A stretch of 64,000 bases of DNA from Mytilus edulis (lineage: Eukaryota). The position numbers and the translations under genes were made by a program. Numbering within the stretch: position 1 is the stretch's first letter; every line of letters starts with the position of its first letter. The stretch covers positions 86,862,001 through 86,926,000 of the forward strand of contig NC_092348.1 of NCBI RefSeq assembly GCF_963676685.1, in the 5' to 3' direction. Positions 52,095-64,000 of the stretch are shown piece by piece. The notes below the pieces were generated by a model, which saw nothing but the letters and a program-made list of their open reading frames with translations, made no database searches and was not told the origin of the DNA.

Positions 52095-52779
52095 AGGGGC
52101 ACTAGCTACGAGATATATAAAAAAATCTAAAGTTTGATTTTTTTCTGTTCAATCAAAAATGAAAGTGAAATAGTGAAATAACAATTCGCTTTTTGCAGCC
52201 AAAAAGGTTCAATTTTGTCAAATTACGCTAAGAAACATTGGTAATTAGCTATTCACTTGCAAGTGAATGAGTCGACCTCTTTAACTCCGTATTCATGTGA
52301 ACTTCAATTTAACCCCTAACTAGAAATTGACAACGCATGCCTTGTACGTGTACTGGTTATTTAAAGAAAAAGAATGTCAACAATGAAAGTGAAACTACGG
52401 TAAATCATTTGATTACTAATTCGATGCACATAAAATCATTCTTATCCGGTTAAAACAATGAGAAACATCTATTTTTAATCTATAAAATAAAATCAAACAG
52501 ACCTATAAAAATCCCAATTGCACGTGTTGGTTTAATCTATTCATATCTTTATTTATGTTTACATCGCTTATATGGTCATCTGAGGTCAAATCGATAGTTA
52601 ATTAGATGGCGTCTGGACTAAAATACACACAAAACTAACCTATATATTATCTACCCCATGCTCTGTAAACTGTTTGTTTTAGACTTTTGATAGTTTGGAT
52701 AAATGTTTTACATTGTTATAAATCAAATATGAGAATTTGAGTCAAATCGGTGACCATGAATTTGACAGCTAGTGCCCCT
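52095..52779. mobile_element. Non-autonomous Kolobok-like DNA transposon
   Basis: Perfect 13-bp TIR aggggcactagct / agctagtgcccct, TTAA on both sides, and an empty TTAA site in duplicate copy 2 (~54526). Confidence 0.85.
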
Positions 52780-53249
52780 TTAATAGTAAACTTGTTTGAG
52801 AAAGTTTGAATTGAATACTGTTGACTAAAATCCGATTTTTGTAATCAACTGAATACAATGCAATTAGATTCGTGAAAAGATGTATGAATTAAGGCGATTG
52901 ATTTTTTTCTAAATCGACTAAGGTAGCAAATAGAAATCAATGGAATCTCATCAACTCCAAAAGGAGCTAGAAAGCATGCGTCGACAGAGTAGCCTATTCC
53001 TGCTATGCATGCATGCATCACTCGTCTTAGGAATTCACACTCATCCAAAATGTTGAAATCCGGGAATTTGAAACAATCGGTACAATTGCAGATCAGACGA
53101 CTATGCTATGTATCTAAAGATCTAAGCACAACAAAAACATGTCGCTAGTGAAAACGCGCGTCTGGTAAATCAAATCATAAGCCTGGTACCTTTGATGACT
53201 AATTATAAAACCATGTGAATAAACACTGCGCAGAAAATAACACGTAAAG

Positions 53250-53752
53250 GATCGAGTAAGTTCGGAAAGGGTCATATTTGGCCCCGATTATAAATTTCAA
53301 TATAACAAGATGAAAAATATTTTAAGTTGACTTTAAGACATGTAAGAAAGTTAAAACTATTTTTGCCAAAGTTTTTACATCCAAAATAGGTGAAGATAAA
53401 TCGGCCGGATTTCAACCAAATTTAGGACCAGGAAACATAGAGAGCAGGCGTCGACTTACTAAATATTCAAGTTAGACATTTAAAATGTCTTTACAAATAT
53501 TATTTCAAAAGATCTTTGTTGTCGACGTATACGCTCTCTGTTTCCTGTCCATAGTCGATGAAAATCTACCCATTAAGTACTATTTGTGACGGCATAAATA
53601 AAACGCAGGAACGTTAATTTCCAACAAAAGCGCTTATTTCCTATCTAGTCACTGTATTAGCTATGATTCATTTGGATTTTGGTCAATATGTCCTAATTTG
53701 AAATTTAAGCGAAAAAGGGGACCATTTTAGGACCTTACCAAACCTACTCCTC
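53250..53752. mobile_element. Older MITE with degenerate ~36-bp TIRs (second copy at ~55000-55521)
   Basis: gagtaagttcggaaagggtcatatttggcccc / ggggaccattttaggaccttaccaaacctactc. Confidence 0.6.
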
Positions 53753-55810
53753 TAAAGCGTCTGAACCACTTTTATGGAAATACTTCACCACGAACGCTAA
53801 AAATCCAAGAATTTGAAAGCTTGGAAATCAGTACACAAGAAAACTATTAGAAGAAACATAAACTTTGCGGTTTATTCACTTACCTTGATCGATTTTTTTG
53901 TATGTCGGTGCTTTTTAGGTGCTTTACATATCAATCTTATGATCTTGTTCCCTGCACATTGTGGTTTTGACGACATTGTTATCAAAATGATAGAAATATG
54001 AAAAAATAATTTAAATGACACCAAGCATGAAAAAATGCACGATTACATAACAAAACGTGTTGAATTACATTTTAAAGTTTTATGTCATTATTCATGTTTC
54101 TTAAAAAATATATGAAGTATTATTAAGAGAATTGAAAACAACACTATATAAATCTATGCATCGGAAACGATATTCAGATATAGCACAAAATGAATTAAAT
54201 ACCTGTCTATAAAGATAAAGATATGTGGTATGATTGATATTGAGACAACTATCAACCAAAGTTTAAAAGCAGTTAACAATTATAGGCAACCGTTCGGCTT
54301 TTTTACGTTAATAAAAAACCAAAACGTAAAGTCGGCTAAAAAAGCCCCGACATGAAAAATTATGAAACAATTCAATTGAGAAAACCAAAAAAATACGAAA
54401 AACGTACAGGACAGAAGAAAACCAACAACAACCACTAGATTGCACATACTCATACATAATGTAAAAGGGGGGGGGGGGGGGTAAACATGTTTGTGAGCGG
54501 TCAAGTCCTTAGGTTAAAACCATTTTTAATAGTAAACTTGTTTCAGAAAGTATTGAATTGAATAATGTTGACTAAAATCCGATTTTTTTTAATCAACTGA
54601 ATACAATGCAATTAGATTCGTGAAAAGATGTATGAATTAAGGCGATTGATTTTTTTCCTAAATCGACTATGGTAGCAAATAGAAATCAATGGAATCTCAT
54701 CAACTCCAAAAGGAGCTAGAAAGCATGCGTCGACAGAGTAGCCTATTCCTGCTATGCATGTATGCATCACTCGTCTTAGGAAATCACACTCATCCAAAAT
54801 GTTGAAATCCGGGAATTTGAAACAATCGGTACAATTACAGATCAGACGACTATGCTATGTATCTAAAGATCTAAGCACAACAAAAACATGTCGCTAGTGA
54901 AAACGCGCGTCTGGTAAATCAAATCATAAGCCTGGTACCTTTGATAACTAATTATAAAACCATGTGAATAAACACTGCGCAGAAAATAACACATAAAGGA
55001 TCGAGTAAGTTCGGAAAGGGTCATATTTGGCCCCGATTATAAATTTCAATGTAACAAGATGAAAAATATTTTAAGTTGACTTTAAGACATGTAAGAAAGT
55101 TAAAACTATTTTTGCCAAAGTTTTATTCTAAATCGTTGATTTTTACATCCAAAATAGGTGAAGATAAATCGGCCGGATTTCAACCAAATTTAGGACCAGG
55201 AAACATAGAGAGCAGGCGTCGACAAACTAAATATTCAAGTTAGACATTTAAAATGTCTTTACAAATATTATTTCAAAAGATCTTTGTTGTTGACGTATAC
55301 GCTCCCTGTTTCCTGTCCAAAAGTCGATGAAAATCTACCCATTAAGTACTATTAGTGACGGCATAAATAAAACGCAGGAACGTTAACTTCCAACAAAAGC
55401 CCTTATTTCCTATCTAGTCACTGTATTAGCTATGATTCATTAGTATTTTGGTCAATAAGTCCTGATTTGAAATTTAAGCAAAAAAGGGGGCCATTTTAGG
55501 ACCTTACCAAACCTACTCCTCTAAAGCGTCTGAACCACTTTTATGGAAATACTTCACCACGAACGCTCAAAATCCAAGAATTTGAAAGCTTGGAAATCAG
55601 TACACAAGAAAACTATGAGAAGAAACATAATCTTTGCGGTTTATTCCCTTATCTTGACCGATTTTTTTTTATGTCGGTGCTTTTTAGGTGCTTTACATAT
55701 CAATCTTATGATCTTGTTTCCTGCACATTGTGGTTTTAACGACATTGTTATCAAAATGATAGAAATATGAAAAATTAATTTAAATGACATCAAGCATGAA
55801 AATATGGCAC

Positions 55811-55920
55811 GATTACATAACAAAACGCTATATATTCAGCATATGATGTTACTATTTAAACAGCAAACACTCCGATGAAGATTGTCACTACATTCAACAG
55901 AATATTGTCAGCAACTTAAG
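55811..55920 (+). promoter_or_regulatory. Putative promoter and non-coding exon 1 of the cysteine-rich peptide gene
   Basis: C/EBP-like ATTACATAAC at ~55812, TATTTAAA at 55853, and a perfect donor AAG|GTAAGT at 55920. Confidence 0.55.
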
Positions 55921-56247
55921 GTAAGTCGTATATAATGCCTTACGTTTTAGTAGCTCCTAACTTTAAGTGTGTCTGGCTGCGTGTGACTTATTATCGTTTC
56001 AATATTCCTGTTTATAAAATATTTTCGTTCTATACTGCATTTAAAATGTAGGTTTTCGGATGATAAAGCCGATTTTTTCTTATTTTAATTATAGAAACTG
56101 CATTTTCATTTATACGCAAACTTTTCCTTACTATGTACTAATCTAACATTAGACAATGGACATGACCAATCGCTTACGAATTTGGTGCTGTGTTATGGTT
56201 CGATAAATAAGCTCATCATAGATACCAGGATTGAAATTTTATATTTA

Positions 56248-56289
56248 CGCCAGACGCGCGTTTCGTCTACAAAAGAAACATCAGTGACG
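56248..56289 (-). ncRNA. Degenerate minimal type I hammerhead ribozyme (retrozyme/Penelope-type repeat)
   Basis: Minus strand reads cgtca-CTGATG(tt)-tcttttgtagac-GAAAC-gcgc-GTC-tggcg. Core A9 is mutated. Confidence 0.7.
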
Positions 56290-56812
56290 CTCGAATCAAA
56301 AAATGTTAAAAGGCCAAATGAAGACGAAGTTGAAGAGCATTGAGGACCAACAATTTCTGAAAGTTATGCCAAATAAAAGTCAACTGTTAATCCGATATTG
56401 CGTGATCCCCTTTCATTTAATATAACTATATTATATATTCTATATGATTATCAAGACAGGTGTAACTAGTGAAATAGTCGTGACTCTTCCGGAGGACATG
56501 CCCCAATCGTTTTTGGTGGGATTCGTTTTTTTTCAGTTTAATTTCTATGTAGCGTTTTATGAGCTTTAGTTGACGTTCAGTCATCTTCTGTTTTTATCAT
56601 GTCGTTGTGATTTTTCTCGACTTGTGGGTTTCGGATGTTCATTTTGTATCTTCTACATCTTAATATTTTCGATTTTCGATACTATCCTGTTGTCACTATG
56701 TTTGGCGTTGATATGATTCTGATTTATTACACAGAAAAGTTTTTCTGATTGCAGTTTGTCCAACGATTATCGGTATTTAACTTTGTTATTTACCTCTTTT
56801 AGAAATAAGAAG

Positions 56813-56861
56813 ATGAAATTGGTAATTGTGGTTACAACTTTACTCCTCATCATGGCATTCG
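56813..56861 (+). CDS. Peptide gene: signal-peptide exon
   Basis: ttttag|aaataagaagATG MKLVIVVTTLLLIMAF G|gtaagc. Confidence 0.85.
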
Positions 56862-59800
56862 GTAAGCATCTCATTAATGATAATGTTTATAAAACAGGAA
56901 ATCACATGATACATTATTATTTGAATGGGATCGTTACTAGTTAGAAGCATACACAACAATTTTGTACTAACAAACACACAATTTCAAACACAAAAAAAAC
57001 CCATTTTTTTTCTTTTTAGTTTTATTAAAAATAAATGTCACAAATGATGAAAAATCAATGACAATTACTAAGAACAGTTATTGAATAGATAATTAAAAAA
57101 ACTAAAGCTTGGTTGAGCCATTCCAATTTAACAGGAAATTATCCACGATTGTCCAACTATTTATCTGAGATTTTCAAATGACAAAACACGGTATTAAAAA
57201 TATAATTCCCCCACCACAACATACAGTGTCATTATTTTCTGTGAGAAACTGCAGAAATCATTCGGATAAAAATCAAAGTGCAAAATGGCATTATGCGGTG
57301 AATCTTTTGAAAATGTTTCATTGAAAAAAAGACAACAGCAGATATAACACTGGAATAAAAGGACAATTTGTTGAATAGCAAATATATTGTATTAATTAAT
57401 ATACTGATATAAAATTTACCTGACGAAATGGTAAAAATTTACATTCGTAGTGGTGAACAACACATGGAGCTTATTCTAAAGATAATCCCAAACAGTTAAG
57501 TGTTTATTACAAACTTAATGGCTCCGATCAACATCAGTTTTCAAAAGTCAATAAAACAACATACAAATGTCAGAAGTTGTGTAATATGTGTAATATAAGG
57601 TAGAAGCAAATTTGACCCTCAAGTCATATACTTTTTCATCATCGACATGGTCTGAAATATTATCATAAATATTTTTTGAAAATAATCAACTTGTCTTTAT
57701 TTTCCAACCAGGCATACAGATATCTAGCCAAGCGTCGTGTACGGCTATGTGTACTAAATTGAACCACGACCGTTGTTATGGCTGTTGTCATGCCAAAGAC
57801 TGCTTCAACGGTGGAAATTGCGATAGCTTGACAAAAAGATGCGTTTGTAATGGATGCATGGGTAAGTTAATAATTTTTTTACATTTTAATGTTGTGTTTC
57901 TGTCCTGTCGTAGTTATCCTCTTATATTTGATGCGTTTCCCTCAGTTTTAGTTTATAACCCGGATTTTTTTTTCTCAATCGATTTATGATTTCGAACAGC
58001 GGTATACTACTGTTGCCTTTATTTACATTACTATTACAGAAGAACACTTTGACACACGAAAGTTAAAAAGTTGTCGTAGCTACACTTTAAGATCGACTAA
58101 CAACAAGAAGGCATTTTGCCGTGCAGATACAACTACAGATAAAACGCCAAAAATATACCGTTCTTTAAAAAACGTTCTTTTTAGACAACATTTTCCCGCA
58201 GTTTTCCGAAACGTGGGAAATAAATTTATATTCACATAAGAGCTTATAGTCGATATCACTTCTGGCGGACTGTTACTCCCCTTGGATTACATTAGCTACA
58301 GTTCTGATAATATTTTTAAGTTCTCAGTTGAAATAGTTAGAAACCATCGAAAAACAAAGTTCAATCTCACCTAAGGCAAAGTTTACTTATATAAATTGGC
58401 TACTAGTATTTGTTTTGAGTTTTTTAAAGTCATATTTCTCGTAAGGTTTCTATCAAGTTATACGTCCCTTACTCTCAAATGTTAAAGTTTGAGCTTTACC
58501 AATAAATGTTAATCTCTGAAACGCGTTGAAAGCACCAAATGTATAAAGTCTTATTTTGCTTTCAATTGGTAGATATCTATGTGGTTGGACTGATACTTTC
58601 CGAAGTTATCATTGCATAAGTCAGTGCTTCGGTACTGACAGTTACATTTTATTCCCCACTGTATGCGACGAGGCATAAAGTGTAACCCTTCACCGTCCGT
58701 GTTTTATTTTTTGTTTGTTTGGAGCTTGAACAGGAGCATTTTTCTTTTAATTTTCCAAAAATTGGCATTTGATGAATCATTGAAAAAATACGGTTCCAAC
58801 TTCCCTTGACAAATGTGCCCTTAAAGGAATTTGGCTATTCTATCTAGGTTGGTAATGGCATATAGCGCTTAACGTTTCCTTGTTCTTTATAATTCTAGCG
58901 TTCTAATGTTTTGGTTTAAACTTTCAAGAAAATATAGTTACATGTATTTTTTGCACTTTTATCTCTTATAATTGATTTTTCCTTCGGTTTTGGTTTGTTA
59001 CCCGGATCGTTTTTTCTCAACCGATTTAAGACTTGCGATCAGCGGTATACTACTGTTGCATTTATTTAACAACAATTATTCGTTTGACCATCTTGGTCAA
59101 AATTTCAAAATTTTCCATTACCTGGAGCAGACGATTCGTACACCCCTCAATTTGAGAATCGACTAGGCTCTCCATCAGTGTATTTATATTTAATCATTAA
59201 TTATCCGAAGGGATGTTTATATTAAAAACATGCTTTAAATAATGATGGAAAGTGTTTTTTTTAAATATAAGTCGCAATATGTTTTCTCTCCATTTCTGAA
59301 AACATTTTCAAAATTTTCCTATAACCTATGCAGACGATTTGCACACGTAACACCCCTCAATTTGAGAATCGACTAAGCTACCCATCATGCTATTTATTAT
59401 TAATGATTAATTCCCCATCGGGATAATTGTATTAAAAACATGCTTTTAGCCATGAATTAGACCAGTCTGTATCATGGTACATTATGAGACAATCGTTCCC
59501 AACCAAGGAGAAAGTGGGCTTTTTTTTGGGGGGGGGTCCATTCATTTGTTCCATTAAAATGTATTGATCGTCCAAAGTAGGTTTCCAACCCCCGAAACCC
59601 CCTTCCCCCAAAGATGCCACTGGGTGGACACGATTCTGAAATCGAAGCCGGGGAATGAATGGGAGTTAGGTTTCCAACCCCCGAAACCCCCTTCCCCCAA
59701 AGATACCACTGAGGAATGAGTGGGAGTTATGTTTGGGGGAATTGAGAGTGAGGCTGGAACCAGGTGACAAGGGTAGTAAAAAAGGAATAATTTATGCCTA

Positions 59801-60362
59801 ACCAAAAAAAAGGTAAGGGGGTCCCCGGAAGACAAGTGGGAATCATCCCATGTTCACCCCTTAATTACAGGAGTCAGTATATTAAGTCACTTTATTAAAA
59901 AAAAATGATTACCTGCAATTACTTTAGTTTCATAGCAAAATATGTGAATTTTAATGTTCCTTGTTACATATACAAATAGAAAAAAAATTGGCACGAATAT
60001 TCGATTTTTTTATTTTAAGTTTGAATAGATTGACATAGGAAGATCGTGATTGGTCAATTTTATCATTGCATTTTGTTCTATTTTGAATATAAAAAGCATG
60101 GTTTTGAAGATTACTTTCAACATTACTGATGTTGTCAAAATTTGATATTCATTGACCGTTTGGTGTTATTATCATTAAAAGGGGGTGTGTTTTAAAACAA
60201 GAATTTTATCACCAGACAGTATTTTCAAATATGATAGATACAAACTCAAAAAGAAAATGAACTATTACATTTATTCCATGTCCTCCTCTATTTGATAACT
60301 AATTGATATATTATCATTTCTTTTCAGGAATGAAAGCAGGAGCTGCAGGAAAACCTATGTAA
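56813..60362 (+). CDS. Secreted 10-cysteine peptide, CS-alpha/beta (myticin/defensin-like) antimicrobial peptide candidate, 77 aa
   Basis: Exons 56813-56861, 57712-57861 and 60328-60362, GT-AG, both introns phase 1. Product: MKLVIVVTTLLLIMAFGIQISSQASCTAMCTKLNHDRCYGCCHAKDCFNGGNCDSLTKRCVCNGCMGMKAGAAGKPM. AATAAA at 60399. Confidence 0.85.
57712..57861 (+). CDS. Peptide gene: mature cysteine-array exon
   Basis: ccag|...10 Cys...G|gtaagt. Confidence 0.9.
59127..59447. repeat. Local duplication (~200-bp period) in peptide gene intron 3
   Basis: gcagacgatt...cacccctcaatttgagaatcgacta...attaaaaacatgcttt occurs twice. Confidence 0.75.
59578..59710. repeat. Direct repeat of a C-rich ~40-mer (taggtttccaacccccgaaacccccttcccccaaagat)
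   Basis: Two near-identical copies ~89 bp apart. Confidence 0.8.
60328..60362 (+). CDS. Peptide gene: C-terminal extension exon
   Basis: tttcttttcag|GA MKAGAAGKPM TAA, with a polyA signal 36 nt later. Confidence 0.7.
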
Positions 60363-62184
60363 AAATTATAATCAATATCGTTAGTTTAAAATCGGGTGAA
60401 TAAACATATCCGTTTAAGGACTTTGGTGTTTTGCTATCATTGTTTCTCCATTTGATTTGAAGTTTTTTTTACATCATGTACAAGTACGTTAAATTTGTAT
60501 GATATTGTATTACATTAGGTTTACGAGACCTTTTGACGATCCACTTTTAACAAAACTGAGGTTTAGAAGCTAATCAACACAGGAATTAAAAAAAAAAATG
60601 TCTGAAAATTATAAAATATTCAGATCAAGAGGCGTTTTGTTAACTAAGTGTAACGACATTGTGGTTATCTCCACAAACAAAATGGGGCGAAAGATACCAA
60701 AAAAACTCATTTAAAAACTAAAAGCGACATGGCGAAAAAAAAACGAACATCAACAAACAAATCTACAAAACACTACATAGAAAACTGCATACAGGACAAC
60801 AACAACAAAAAATAGTGGGGGTTACCACAGGTGCTCCGAACGGTCATCCCTAACTGCTGTAGTTGTGACACTCGTTATGGGACTTTTTGAAAATAAAAAT
60901 GTTACACAAAAACTGTTTTACCTATGTTGGACTGTCGCTTACTGCATAAATTGAAATTCTGGTTATCGTTGAATGATTTCCTTTACTGGAATGACTTTGA
61001 TACAAATTTCCCAACATTCTATATAAAATAAGATTTTCAACTGTTTTTATATCACTTTATCAGTAAGAAATATCAAAGAAATTTCTTAACAAACATCATA
61101 AAAGAGGGACGAAATAAAGATACCAGAGGGGCTTTCAAACTCATAGATTAAAAATAATTCATAAGTTACAACGCCAGGGCTAAAAATAAACAGACAAACA
61201 AACAAAATATAGTACAGAAGACACAACATAGAAAACTAAAGAATAAGCAACACGAACCCCACCAAAAACTGGGGGTGATCTTAGGTACTCCGGAAGCAAA
61301 TCCTGCTCCACATGTAACACCAATGTTTTATTATATTAGTTTAAGATGATTGCATTAAATAATGCTTTGCAAAGTATTTGGTGTAAAATAACGAACAGTT
61401 GGCTAACGGCTGAAAAAAATAACAGAATTTAAATCATAAGATTTTTGTATTGCATGACCATCTTGAACACATGCAAAGATTTAAACAAATAATGATATCG
61501 CTTCTGCTTTTTTCTAGTGGATTATGTGACGAAAGGAGAAAAGTATTGAAGGTGTATGTTATTTATCAATTGTCTGTAATGAAGTTTTAAAAAAGAGAGA
61601 AACTAAAAAGATATTGGACACGAATTTTGATGAAACGGTGTATATGTGTAAGATGCTAAGTTCATCACACGCGATTATGGGTGTGTTGAAAATAAGCTAA
61701 ATATGCTTTTCACATTTTGTAGGAACCAAATGCAAAATAAACACGTTTAACTATAAACCCCAAAATAGAAAAAGAAACCAATGATTTGATAGGAAATAAA
61801 AGTAAATCTAAAAAAAGAGACGAATGCTTTAAAAGTGAAAATCAAACTAATACTAGTGAAAAAAGACCTGAGCAAACAAGAACCCCACACAAAATATTTG
61901 AGAGGGGGTATATCCTGTTCCACAAGTAAGTAGGAATTAGTTAAATTCTGATTATTATATGACTATAAATGCTTCATTATCTCATTGGCTAAATGGAGAC
62001 AACAGTTGTATATTGCTGTTCAATAGTCATAAATCGATTGAGCAAATACAAATACAAATCCGGGTTACATAGTAGAACCGAAAGAAACACATCAACTATA
62101 ACAGGAACAATGAACTGCAACAAAAATGCCAACATATATAGAAACGGACTTTTATTTGGCTTTTTAAACTTTTGTTTATTCGAG

Positions 62185-62227
62185 CGTCACTGATCAGTAT
62201 ATTTGGAGACGAAACGTGCGTCTGCAA
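62185..62227 (+). ncRNA. Degenerate minimal hammerhead ribozyme, same family
   Basis: cgtca-CTGATcA-gtatatttggagac-GAAAC-gtgc-GTC-tg. G8 is mutated to C. Confidence 0.6.
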
Positions 62228-64000
62228 CACATACAATATTCCAATTCTTGTATCAACGATGAGTTTTTTTTTATAACAACTGCCATATCCTGACTTGGTA
62301 CAGGACATTTTAAGAAAGAAAAAAAATGTTGGGTTGAACCTGGTTTTGTGATTTTTTATGTCTATTAATTCCTCTCGCTTATATGGCAATGTTGAAAATA
62401 CCACTAAAATGATAATTACAGGACAGCAATACAGAGCAAACAAACACAAAAACGCTCACCCCAGAAAAATGCATAAATAAATAATAGAATAGTACATTAC
62501 AACCGCAGAATTACAACGAGAGCACAAAAGCAAATATAATCCTCTTATGAAACATTATATCTACCGCGGCTGAAATCATAGGAGATTGTTATAAGATGTG
62601 CATCATTACAAATAAATAGATGTAACATATCTTTATTTGCCACTATACGTCAGACTGCATGCGATTGACTGACCGTTTACCGGAAGCCATGCTAGAATAT
62701 TATATGTATATATCATCTATAGGTTGTGCTATTCTTAAACAGCAATCTGAATCTGAAAGAAGCTTTCACGTTCACGACTCAATCATTACTAATCATAGCA
62801 GTTAAATATGAACATTTAAAATTTAAAATTATGAGATTTAAACGACAGCAAAGTACTGTTCCTTTCATTAATCGACAAACGCGAAAAACAGATGTTATGA
62901 TTAATTTATATGATGTATGTAACGTCGTTTGACATACTAACTCATTTAGATAAATATAACAAACAAATTTTACATGTAACTTTGATGATTGCATATTCTA
63001 ATTGACCTGCTGACGACACCCCTTCCTTGTGGTTAAAGGGATATGAATACCAATGAGGCGTCTGTTGGCTGTGTGGGATGCATAAATTATTAACAGCCGT
63101 GTCCAGTCGGAATAGGGACGTTTAGTTATATACCTCGGGTTGTAATGATCGTGCCACCCATCTGTGCTTTACAGAACACTCGGCACAACTCTTTGCGAAT
63201 TGACTTTTTTCATGTCAAGTTTCTAATTCTTTAAAAGTAACACATGATCTACCTGTTTATAGCATTTTTAATATTCATCAGCATATGGTCTACCCGAGGC
63301 TCTGTTGTATCCTTTATATCAAGTTCGATGAGATAGATGCGTCAATATAGTAACCAACTTTTGAATTATTTAGTGGGGGACATGATCTTTATAGTGGAAA
63401 GTGAAGTTAAAGGATACTACTAACGTCTTTTCTATCTACCTTAGAAGTTCCTGCATGACGTCAGCCACATATAAAGAAAGAAACACGTCGTTTTTTTTTA
63501 AATAGTCCAAAATTCATCACATGTATATTAACCATGTATTACTATTGTTGCCTTTATTTATGAATCAAGAAATTAAGCATCTTCATTTTTTGTTTAATTG
63601 GAGTGATTTTCAACAAAGTCCGATTTATCCCTCCATAAGAAAAGCTATTTGTATCTACGTTGTCCATTCTTGTTTATGAAACAAGCCAACTATTTTTGTC
63701 TTTTAGTTCAAATATGGAAAACTTGTGTAAAGTGTCGAAAAGTCAAATGAATCAAGAGTCTTATATTTTATTTACTCTAAACGACCTTTGAAATTTTTAA
63801 GTATCTACATCTGATTCATAATACCTCTAGAATATGTAGTTAACAATAACTTCAAATCCCCGCTGTGATTGATGATATAATGAGAAAAATTTCGTGGAGT
63901 ACTTAGAAAACCCAGCAAAATAATTGTTCTTTGGTTGAAATTCCAAATGAATGGGGAACAAGCACAGGTATACAAAGAAGTTTTAAACTTGAAGTCGTCA

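Larger units (their letters stand above)
51576..55827 (+). repeat. Tandem segmental duplication: copy 1 51576-54057, copy 2 54058-55827
   Basis: Colinear and highly similar; junction caaaacg|tgttgaattac. Copy 1 has an extra 685-bp insertion. Confidence 0.93.

Noticed and set aside
51838-55823. Paired small ORFs suggesting a duplicated gene
   Set aside because: They recur only because of the tandem duplication. Frames are not conserved between copies and there is no splice structure.
57712-57861. EGF-domain exon of a larger protein (CFNGGNC...CVC, phase 1-1)
   Set aside because: The direct link to a signal exon, a stop-containing last exon with polyA signal, and the CxxxC / CxCxxC pattern fit a small CS-alpha/beta peptide better. 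Not fully excluded.
63000-63200. Possible tRNA-derived SINE remnant
   Set aside because: Slightly GC-rich, but no clear A/B boxes or boundaries.

Overview
This is AT-rich eukaryotic DNA with spliceosomal introns. The repeat families and the peptide gene point to a bivalve, probably a Mytilus-like mussel (inference). From left to right: (1) A 5'-truncated Ty3/Gypsy LTR retrotransposon with integrase, an extra C2H2 zinc-finger ORF in the env position behind a splice acceptor, a PPT and a ~1.6 kb 3' LTR. It lies antisense in intron 6 of GPR89. (2) Coding exons 1-6 of GPR89 (Golgi pH regulator) on the minus strand, with a 3.3 kb 33-bp satellite in intron 2. (3) Head-to-head with GPR89, a complete 24-exon USP25/USP28-like deubiquitinase gene (about 1086 aa as I splice it), with introns full of non-autonomous Helentron/HINE-like elements, a hAT element and MITEs. 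(4) A tandem duplication of ~1.8 kb. (5) Directly downstream, a 4-exon gene, missed by the ORF track, for a 77-aa secreted peptide with a 10-cysteine CS-alpha/beta-like array resembling myticin/defensin plus an extra Cys pair. Most interesting: that peptide gene, the zinc-finger ORF of the Gypsy element, three independent tandem arrays seeded exactly on exon-intron junctions, and degenerate minimal hammerhead ribozymes. Coordinates were read by eye and repeat ends may be off by a few bases. No searches were run.
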